From: an uncultured delta proteobacterium
GTDB lineage: Bacteria > Myxococcota_A > Polyangia > Polyangiales > B10-G4
Assembly: GCA_963727445.1 (NCBI GenBank)
Contig: CAVSGI010000025.1
Location: 42,041 to 106,040, forward strand
Direction of reading: 5' to 3'
DNA: 64,000 bases
The position numbers were made by a program, and so were the translations under genes. The number at the start of each line of letters is the position of its first letter. The first letter of the stretch is position 1. This document shows, piece by piece, positions 53,921 to 61,274 of this stretch. Below the pieces are notes generated by a model. It was given only the letters and a program-made list of their open reading frames with translations, made no database searches and had not been told where the DNA came from.

Positions 53921-54648
53921 CGGAAGCCGACGAACCCGCAGCCCCCATCCTCACGACGGCGACGGGCGAGCCGTTCCAGCCCGTCCGACTCTTCTTCGAG
54001 ATACCGGGGCGCGGCGTCGTTCAGCCGAGGCTTCGCGCGCTTCGCGGGATCAGGCACGTGCGCGGCTCCGAGTGGGTGTGGTCCCGTCCGCAGGTGGGCG
54101 TTTGGGCCGGGGAGCGCGAGCTCGACGACGACGCGTGGGCGCGGCTCCGTTTGCCCAAGCGCGGCGGGATGACGCTGCAGACGGGCTCGGTGCCGCGCGC
54201 GATCGCCGGAGCACGGGTGCTCGCCGAGATCTTCGGGGACAGAGCGCGGCTGGTGCGCGCGAGGATCGTCAACCGTTGCTTTCCGGAGGACGCGGGAGGG
54301 CTCGAAGCCCTCTTCGAGGAGCTCGATCGCAACGTCACCGTCATCGATCCGGAAGTGGCTGCGCGAGAGCTCGAACGGGACATGGCCGGCGTGCAGTCGA
54401 TGGAGGCGTACGAACGGCGCGCGGCCGCGCGCATGAATCGGCGCCTGGCGGAAGGTCACGACGTGCCCGACGTCGAGGACTTCCCGCTGCATCCAGAGGA
54501 GGAGACCGAGGACTTTCTCCACCTGACCACGACCCTCGGCCTGCGGATGGAGCGCGCGGTGCGACGCGCGAACGGCGAGCCCGTGACGCTCACCCGCATC
54601 ATCGTCGAACGCGTGGAGCGGGAACGGCTGGGGGAGGTGGATGAATGA
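53917..54648 (+). CDS. Hypothetical protein
   Basis: GTG start at 53917 inside ORF 53728..54648; protein-like composition (TATGEPFQPVRLFF, EDFPLHPEEE). Confidence 0.65.
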   Translation: MTEADEPAAPILTTATGEPFQPVRLFFEIPGRGVVQPRLRALRGIRHVRGSEWVWSRPQVGVWAGERELDDDAWARLRLPKRGGMTLQTGSVPRAIAGARVLAEIFGDRARLVRARIVNRCFPEDAGGLEALFEELDRNVTVIDPEVAARELERDMAGVQSMEAYERRAAARMNRRLAEGHDVPDVEDFPLHPEEETEDFLHLTTTLGLRMERAVRRANGEPVTLTRIIVERVERERLGEVDE

Positions 54649-54682
54649 CCGGGCGCGAGGGGCGTTCGACGGGGCGGCAGGA

Positions 54683-54895
54683 CTACTGGCGGGAGCCCTC
54701 GAAGGACTCCTCGCGCAGACATGCGACCGCGGCGAGGACATCGTCGGCGTCCACCAGCTGGCCGGCGTCTGCTTCTGCGATCCCACGGCGCAGTGACCTG
54801 TGCAGTGCGGCGCGATCGCCATCCTCGAGAGCGTCCCCCTCGCGGTCGTAGAGCATCACCTCCCACTCCGTCCCCTCGGGGAGATCGGTGGGTGG
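54683..54895 (-). pseudogene. 5'-truncated small antitoxin-like gene
   Basis: PTDLPEG...RAALHRSLRRGIAEADAGQLVDADDVL resembles small addiction-module antitoxins; no plausible start. Confidence 0.45.
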
Positions 54896-55147
54896 ATGGC
54901 GTGGGTGATGCCGCGCGCCTCGGCGCGGCGGGCGGCGACCTCGACCTCTTCGAGGAGGTGCTTGTAGGTGCGGCGGACGGTGCGGGCGAGCCAGCCGTCG
55001 CTGATGGTCTTTTCGGTGTGCTGTCCCAACGGCCGGGTCTCCGTCGGGGCTTCTCGGTCGGGTAATCACCGTTGCAGCAGGCGCTGAACGGATGTCAAGC
55101 TATTTTCCGACGCTCACGCGGTCGTCGAGTATGGAGTCACTCCGCTC

Positions 55148-56194
55148 ATGCCGACGACCTCCCCCCATCCGCGCGCGCGGGCGCTGCGGCTCTTCAAGCT
55201 CCGGCTCTTCGACGACCACTGCCACGTCGTCGCGAGCCACGACGATCGCCGCGCCCCCGCCGACCTCCCGGGCGTCGACCTCCGCGGCGCCGATGCGGCC
55301 GCGGCTTTCCACGCCGCGGCGCCGCTCCTCGACGCAGTGCGCGCGCGTGGCGACGGCCGCGAGGTCCGCGCGGTCTCCGTTCACCTCGAGCGCCGACGCA
55401 TCCTCGCCACCTTCGAGCCGAGGGCAGGCGAGCGCACGCCGCCCGTCGTGCGCATCGATGGTGAAGCGTTCGACGACGTCCTACCGCGCGCCGCGGAGGT
55501 CATCGCGCTCCTCGCCGACGCCGCGGCGTCACGCCTGGCCGCGCGGCGGCTGCCCACGCTCGCAGAGCTCACCGCCGCCGAGCGAGCGCGCGCCAGCGCC
55601 GAGACGCTTCGCCACTACGAGCGCGAGGCCGAAGCGTTCTGGCAGGGAACGCGGGACCACGACGTCAGCCAGAACATCGCCGCCTTGCTTCGGCACCTTC
55701 CGGACGACGGCTGTCACACCATCCTCGACCTCGGATGCGGCCCTGGCCGAGACCTCGCGACGTTTCGCGATCTCGGTCACGAGGCGGTCGGGCTCGACGG
55801 CGCGCGCGCCTTCGTCGAGATGGCGCGCGCACACACGGGCTGCGAGGTTCTGTTGCAGGACTTCCTCGACATGCATCTGCCACAAGCGCGCTTCGACGGC
55901 GTCTTCGCCAACGCGTCGCTCTTCCACGTGCCGAGCCAGGAGCTCCCACGCGTCCTCGGCCAGCTCCACGACGCGCTCGTGGGCGGCGGCGTGCTCTTCT
56001 GCTCCAACCCGCACGGCCCGAACACCGAAGGCTGGTCCGGGGGCCGCTATGGCTCCTTCCTGGACCTCGACACCTTCCGCCGGTTCACGACCCACGCCGG
56101 GTTCGAAGAGCTCGAGCACTACTACCGGCCGACCGGACAACCGCGCCACCGCCAGCCCTGGCTCGCGACGGTGTGGCGCAAGCCGGGATGCTAG
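55148..56194 (+). CDS. Class I SAM-dependent methyltransferase with N-terminal extra domain
   Basis: ILDLGCGPGRD, FDGVFANASLFH motifs. Confidence 0.85.
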   Translation: MPTTSPHPRARALRLFKLRLFDDHCHVVASHDDRRAPADLPGVDLRGADAAAAFHAAAPLLDAVRARGDGREVRAVSVHLERRRILATFEPRAGERTPPVVRIDGEAFDDVLPRAAEVIALLADAAASRLAARRLPTLAELTAAERARASAETLRHYEREAEAFWQGTRDHDVSQNIAALLRHLPDDGCHTILDLGCGPGRDLATFRDLGHEAVGLDGARAFVEMARAHTGCEVLLQDFLDMHLPQARFDGVFANASLFHVPSQELPRVLGQLHDALVGGGVLFCSNPHGPNTEGWSGGRYGSFLDLDTFRRFTTHAGFEELEHYYRPTGQPRHRQPWLATVWRKPGC

Positions 56195-56484
56195 GACGCC
56201 TTCTTCTCCAGCGCCTCGACCCGCACCCTCAGCTCGTCGACGTCCTTCCGCAGCGCCCGCGACTCGCGACCGGCGATGGAGACGAGGTTGTCGAGGCGGC
56301 TGCCGTTCGTGCGGACCTCGTCGGTGAGCGCGTCGATACGCCGGCCATTGTCGCGAACGGCCACCTTCGTCTCGCTCAGCTCGACCCGCGTGGCATCGAG
56401 CCGCGCGTTCGTCTCCCCGATGAGCTCCGCCAGCGTGGCGAACCCCTTCTCCATCACCTTCACGAGCTCGTCGTCATCGGCCAT
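56191..56484 (-). CDS. Small coiled-coil protein
   Basis: AAGGAG RBS; heptad repeats ending RVEALEKKAS. Confidence 0.75.
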   Translation of the reverse strand: MADDDELVKVMEKGFATLAELIGETNARLDATRVELSETKVAVRDNGRRIDALTDEVRTNGSRLDNLVSIAGRESRALRKDVDELRVRVEALEKKAS

Positions 56485-56601
56485 CGGCGCTCCTTCAGTG
56501 TAGCAGGCCTCGGCCCGCCCGCCGTTATCGACCGCGGTCCTCGCGAGTTGCGAAGGACATCGCGCGCCCTTCGTAGAATCGCGCGCACTGCGTCCAGGCG
56601 C

Positions 56602-57051
56602 CGAGGTTGTCGAGCTCAGCGATCGACATCCGGAACCTCACCGAGGAGGACAATCGTGTCGCCGGCGAGCACCCTCTCGAGGAACGCGCTGTCGCGCAGA
56701 CGCCGCGAGAGCTCAGCGGACGTGTAGAGCGTGGGTCGTATCGACCGGCCCAATGCGGCCTCGGTGTCCGCGAGTGTTCGGTAGACCTCCTCGAGCGTCA
56801 GGTCATCGGAGACGAGCATCAAATCGATGTCGCTGTCGGCGCGGTCCGTCCCCTTCGCGACGGATCCATAAATGAGCGCGAAGTCGAGCCGGTCGGCGAG
56901 GGGCGCGATCGCCGCGCGCAGCGGCTCCGCGACGCCCACGGTCTTCTGCACGATGGAGCAGAGCTCGGCGAAGATCGGCGAGTCTGCGTTGGCCTGGTAG
57001 TGAGTCTGACGCCCGACCCGTGAAACGTTGACCAGCCCTGCCGCCGTCAGC
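56602..57051 (-). repeat. 450-bp direct repeat, copy 1 (3' two-thirds of an HTH-nucleotidyltransferase gene)
   Basis: Matches 59060..59510 except for one inserted base there; encodes YGSVAKG...SDIDL. Confidence 0.92.
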
Positions 57052-57086
57052 GCGCGTTGGGACTCGGCGGGCGATCCCCGCGCTCG

Positions 57087-57182
57087 CTACGGCGCCTTCT
57101 CCTCAAGCGCCTCGACGCGCACCTTCAGCGGGTCGACGTCCTTCCGCATCGTCCGCGACTCACCTTCGTCGCGCTCAGCTCG
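57087..57182 (-). pseudogene. Internally deleted paralogue of the 56191..56484 coiled-coil gene
   Basis: ESRTMRKDVDPLKVRVEALEEKAP* versus ESRALRKDVDELRVRVEALEKKAS*. Confidence 0.7.
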
Positions 57183-57194
57183 CCCGCCCTGACC

Positions 57195-57458
57195 TCAATC
57201 GGCCACCTTCACCGCCAGCACGATCACCTCGCTTCCGTCCTGGTCGAAGAGAACCACCAGGGTCGTTCCTTCGACGGCGCGGGCCCAGCATCGGCGCATC
57301 GGCGGCAGGAAATCTTCGTTGTCTCCAGGTGCGGGCACGGGCTCGCGCCCGAGTCCTCGAACGCAGAGGGCGAGCCTCTTCGCCGTGCTGCTTCCCGCGG
57401 GCGCGAGCCGTCGCGCGGACCGGAAATAGCCGCGTGTCAGTCGGACTCGGAGGGACAA
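57195..57458 (-). CDS. Small basic protein, possible RelE/ParE-like toxin
   Basis: 87 aa; RVRLT start and VVLFDQDGSEVIVLAV end fit the RelE topology; overlaps the upstream small gene. Confidence 0.45.
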   Translation of the reverse strand: MSLRVRLTRGYFRSARRLAPAGSSTAKRLALCVRGLGREPVPAPGDNEDFLPPMRRCWARAVEGTTLVVLFDQDGSEVIVLAVKVAD

Positions 57459-57667
57459 GGGTCAGGGCTCGGCCCGCGACCCTCGAGGTACGCAATCTCC
57501 TCCTCGAGCGAAGCACTGGTGGGCTCGGCGGCCCACGCGGCGAGTGCTTCGAGCGAAGGAGGAAGCGTCCCCTTTTCCCGCACCCACTGAGCAGCGAGGG
57601 CCGCGTAGTGCTCCCGCCACACTTCGGGCAGAGCAGATTCGGCGACGTCCTTTGCTGCGTCAGTCAT
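57437..57667 (-). CDS. Small acidic protein, possible antitoxin
   Basis: 76 aa; EEEIAYLEGRGPSPDPC C-terminus overlaps the next ORF. Confidence 0.45.
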   Translation of the reverse strand: MTDAAKDVAESALPEVWREHYAALAAQWVREKGTLPPSLEALAAWAAEPTSASLEEEIAYLEGRGPSPDPCPSESD

Positions 57668-57753
57668 CGTGTCGAATCGTAGCACGGGGCGAACCCGTGG
57701 GCTGGGCGCGGGAGAGAAGGTCCACGCAACCCGAGAACGAGCTCCTCACACCC

Positions 57754-58074
57754 TCATTCGTCCCCCAGGCGTGCATCGTGCTCCTCGATGAGTCGGCGGA
57801 TCTCGTTGAACAGCTCGCGCGTGCAGTCGGCGGAGCCGCTGCGGAGGCTCGCGCGGAGCTCCCACGCGACGTTCGCACCGTAGAAGTAGGTCGTCGCCTT
57901 CAGCGGGAACTTCCTTCCCGCACGCGTGTCGTGGTGCACGACCGCTGCAGCGACCTTCGGCTGCTCCTTCGTGGTGCCGTACGCGACCCGTACGAGCTCT
58001 TCACGTACCTCGACGACGACGCCGGGCCGCGATTTGTCTGCGAGCTCGAGCCAGACTGTGTTCCGCTCACGCAT
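57754..58074 (-). CDS. Possible PemK/MazF-like protein
   Basis: VW...KSRPGVVV...VRVAYGTT pattern; start overlaps the upstream stop. Confidence 0.55.
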   Translation of the reverse strand: MRERNTVWLELADKSRPGVVVEVREELVRVAYGTTKEQPKVAAAVVHHDTRAGRKFPLKATTYFYGANVAWELRASLRSGSADCTRELFNEIRRLIEEHDARLGDE

Positions 58075-58951
58075 CCCGGAGGAGCCGGACGCGCGCCGCA
58101 TCGTAGCTGCGGCTCGCCTGGGCCCGCGCACGGGTGTGACGCTGGTGAATGGCGTCGAGATCCAGGCGCCCCTCGGGCGGCAGGACCGATTCCGGGACAT
58201 CCGCACCCGGGAAGGCCGCGAGAAGGCGGAGGTGGGATCGCACGCCGGCTACCAGACGGTCGACCAGGGCGCGGGCGAGCCAAGGCTCGATGCGGGTCTC
58301 TTCGCTCAGCGCACGCGCGATGGCGAAGAGGCAGAGGCCTGCCTTCAGCCCACCGGCCAAGCTGTCGGCGATCTCGGGAGCCACCTCGGGGCTCGTCAGG
58401 AAACCGGGTCCGACCGCTTCGAGGTCGCGCATGGCTTCCTCTACGTCCTCGGCGGAGACGCTCGCCATCACGCGGCGCTGCGTTTGGAGGTAGGCATCGA
58501 GCAGAGGAGCGGCAAGTTGGAGCGCCCGGGCCTGGCCTTCGCCCAACACGGGCGTCGCCGTCGCCGTGAAGTCGTCGGCCGGCGTGGGGTCGTCGCGAAG
58601 CAGAGGTCGCGCCCTGCGCGTGGCCAACACGTTCCAGTGGAAGATGCCCGGCTCCTCGAGGAGGTCGTCGAGCCGGTCGTCGAGGTCATCCACGTCGGAT
58701 GCGCTCAATACGGCGTCACCGAAGTGGGAGACCGCGTACGCCACGAGGTGAAGAAGCGCCTCCTCCTCCTTCGTCGGGGCCACAGCCGGGGCCAGCCGCC
58801 GGAGACTTCGCCAGATCGACGTGAGCCAGGGAAGGAAACCGCCGGGCAGATCGAGTGTCTGGAGCGTCGCGTGGTCGCTGCGAGTCACCTGGGGATCTTG
58901 CCTCGGGTTCGAACGGTTCGCCAGCAGAGGAGGATACGAGAATCCAGGCAT
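58067..58951 (-). CDS. Hypothetical helical protein, coupled to the MazF-like gene
   Basis: 294-aa ORF; start uncertain; 8-nt overlap with the downstream gene. Confidence 0.6.
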   Translation of the reverse strand: MPGFSYPPLLANRSNPRQDPQVTRSDHATLQTLDLPGGFLPWLTSIWRSLRRLAPAVAPTKEEEALLHLVAYAVSHFGDAVLSASDVDDLDDRLDDLLEEPGIFHWNVLATRRARPLLRDDPTPADDFTATATPVLGEGQARALQLAAPLLDAYLQTQRRVMASVSAEDVEEAMRDLEAVGPGFLTSPEVAPEIADSLAGGLKAGLCLFAIARALSEETRIEPWLARALVDRLVAGVRSHLRLLAAFPGADVPESVLPPEGRLDLDAIHQRHTRARAQASRSYDAARVRLLRDA

Positions 58952-59059
58952 GGTGAGGGCCTGGGGGGCTTATCGGAGCCACAAGTCACGACTTGCGTCG
59001 CAAGGCGACAATCCTCTCGGCCTGCCCCTTCACCCAACCCCAATCCTTGTGGACGCGGA

Positions 59060-59510
59060 CGAGGTTGTCGAGCTCAGCGATCGACATCCGGAACCTCACC
59101 GAGGAGGACAATCGTGTCGCCGGCGAGCACCCTCTCGAGGAACGCGCTGTCGCGCAGACGCCGCGAGAGCTCAGCGGACGTGTAGAGCGTGGGTCGTATC
59201 GACCGGCCCAATGCGGCCTCGGTGTCCGCGAGTGTTCGGTAGACCTCCTCGAGCGTCAGGTCATCGGAGACGAGCATCAGAATCGATGTCGCTGTCGGCG
59301 CGGTCCGTCCCCTTCGCGACGGATCCATAAATGAGCGCGAAGTCGAGCCGGTCGGCGAGGGGCGCGATCGCCGCGCGCAGCGGCTCCGCGACGCCCACGG
59401 TCTTCTGCACGATGGAGCAGAGCTCGGCGAAGATCGGCGAGTCTGCGTTGGCCTGGTAGTGAGTCTGACGCCCGACCCGTGAAACGTTGACCAGCCCTGC
59501 CGCCGTCAGC
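59060..59510 (-). repeat. 450-bp direct repeat, copy 2
   Basis: See copy 1; reads GCATCAGAATCG here versus GCATCAAATCG in copy 1. Confidence 0.92.
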
Positions 59511-59680
59511 CTCTCGAGCTGTCGCTGGACAGCGCCGCTCCCGGCGCCCACGTGGTCGATGATCTCGCTCGTGTAGAAGCTCCGCTCGGGCTGACCGAAG
59601 AGGAGCGCGAGCAGACGCAGCTGCGTCGACGAAAAGAGCGCGCCCGCCAGCGACTGTCGTGAGGTCGACGACCTACCCAT
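59074..59680 (-). pseudogene. wHTH + minimal nucleotidyltransferase (MNT antitoxin-type) gene with +1 frameshift near 59280
   Basis: ALFSSTQLRLLALLF HTH region, YGSVAKG, SDID; split into ORFs 59261..59752 and 59074..59328. Confidence 0.85.
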
Positions 59681-59709
59681 AATGGGTATGAGTGTACCCG
59701 AAATGGGTA
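59674..59709. promoter_or_regulatory. Tandem palindromic operator at the HTH-MNT start
   Basis: TACCCAT-A-ATGGGTA (59674-59688) and TACCCGA-A-ATGGGTA (59695-59709), 21 bp apart. Confidence 0.7.
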
Positions 59710-60032
59710 ATGTGGCCAGAAATCCAGGAGAATTGGCACGGGTGGATACCACGACCTGGGAGACGGGCCCAACGCAGGGGGACTGACATCACCTCGGCGC
59801 CGGTTGCCACCAGCGCTGGCCCCGTTCGACGGCACGCGTGGCCCAACCGGCGGTGAAGGCGAGCAGGGCGAGCGCGACCACAGCGCTGCCGATCAACACC
59901 GCCAGGTCCAGGCAGAGCGCCCTTCGCGTCCTTTCGAGCGCACGAGTAAGCGGAGGCGAGGGCTATCCCTCCGAGACGCAGGTCAAGCGCGGCTACCGCA
60001 CTGTCGGCGACGGCAAGGTGCTCGTCGAGAAG

Positions 60033-60497
60033 TCATCCCGCCGCGGACACATCTTCCGAGAGCGCGAGGTACCCGGCGGCCAATTCATCACCGACTGCCT
60101 CCTCGAGCACGCCCTTTCGTCCCAAGAAGTGGATGAACGCGCGAACGTCGTCGACGAAGTCCATGGGACCGGTGTTTCGCGGATTCAGTGTGTACACGCG
60201 CGCATAGCGGACCTGGTCCCATGGGTCGACACCGGCCCACGCTTGGCTCTCCGTGAGGACATCAGGTCGGAGGAACTGGGCGAGCGCGGCGCCGGTCAGC
60301 TCGTAGAGCGCGGTAAACACCTGCCGCCAGTGCCGGAGCCGCCGGTCCGGCAGCTCATCGCACATGAAGTCGATGACGAGCCCGACGTACTTGATGTGCC
60401 AGGAACGATCGGGCTCCGGCAGTGGATAGATAGGCTCCTTGCCCTTGAAGCGCTGGAGCTCGCGGCGCGCGCGCCGAGCCTTGGTCTCGATGTTCAT
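60033..60497 (-). CDS. Hypothetical protein
   Basis: AAGGG RBS, ATG start, protein-like composition. Confidence 0.6.
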   Translation of the reverse strand: MNIETKARRARRELQRFKGKEPIYPLPEPDRSWHIKYVGLVIDFMCDELPDRRLRHWRQVFTALYELTGAALAQFLRPDVLTESQAWAGVDPWDQVRYARVYTLNPRNTGPMDFVDDVRAFIHFLGRKGVLEEAVGDELAAGYLALSEDVSAAG

Positions 60498-60711
60498 GCG
60501 GCCCTTATCGGGCCGACGCCGCGCCAGTTGTCGTGTCGACTTGCCTCGGCGGTTCCACGTGCGAGCTCACGTGTCCGGCAGCGGCTGCGTCCCTTGGACG
60601 AAGTCCTGGTCCTTCATGGCAGCGTTCGTGAGGGGCATGGGGTCAAGGATGGCTCGTGCTGGAGTTGGGGGGGAGGGTGGCCGCGTACCTCGGGGTGCGC
60701 GTCGCGGTTGA

Positions 60712-61079
60712 TCACGAAGCGGGCGGAGTCGCTCGCATCCCCAACGCGCCGAGTACGATGGGAAGGAGGGAGACGGCGAAGCCAGGGCGAGGTAGAGCCC
60801 TGCCTCGTCTCGGCCCGATTCGAGCAGCATGTCGTGGAGCTCCGGTTCGGCCTCGGCGAGCTGGTTGGCTCGCACGATCGCGGCCACCCCGCCGAGCGCG
60901 GCGATCGCACCCGCGAGGACTCCGAAAGCGATCGCGGCTGAGCCGATCGCGATGCGCCCACCGCGCGATGCAATGCGCCGCCCAAACACGAAGGCGACCA
61001 CGCCCAGCGGATGCGCGACGGTCGTCAACAAGAGCGCGATGACAGTAAACGGACTGACGAGGTCCCACAGGAACGACAT
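60712..61079 (-). pseudogene. Small membrane protein with probable 1-nt frameshift near 60785
   Basis: ...AGLYLAL continues naturally as GFAVSLLPIVLGALGMRATPPAS* in the neighbouring frame. Confidence 0.55.
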
Positions 61080-61274
61080 CACGCCGAGGGTAGCGCGCTC
61101 CGCGGCGGATGACTGGCGTCCTCGCTTTTCAATGCTTGGCGGGTCGTTGGAGTAGCTCGCCCCGGGGCGCGTAGTCTTCCCTGAAGAAGACCGTCACCCC
61201 TCTGGGGTGACACGGCCTGGGCGCGATCGGGAGGGGACCCATGACCGCCCGGCCGCTTGCGATAGAGTGACATC

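Noticed and set aside
60033..60497. Integrase N-terminal (core-binding) domain
   Set aside because: Only a vague VRAFIHFL resemblance; no catalytic domain or att site seen.
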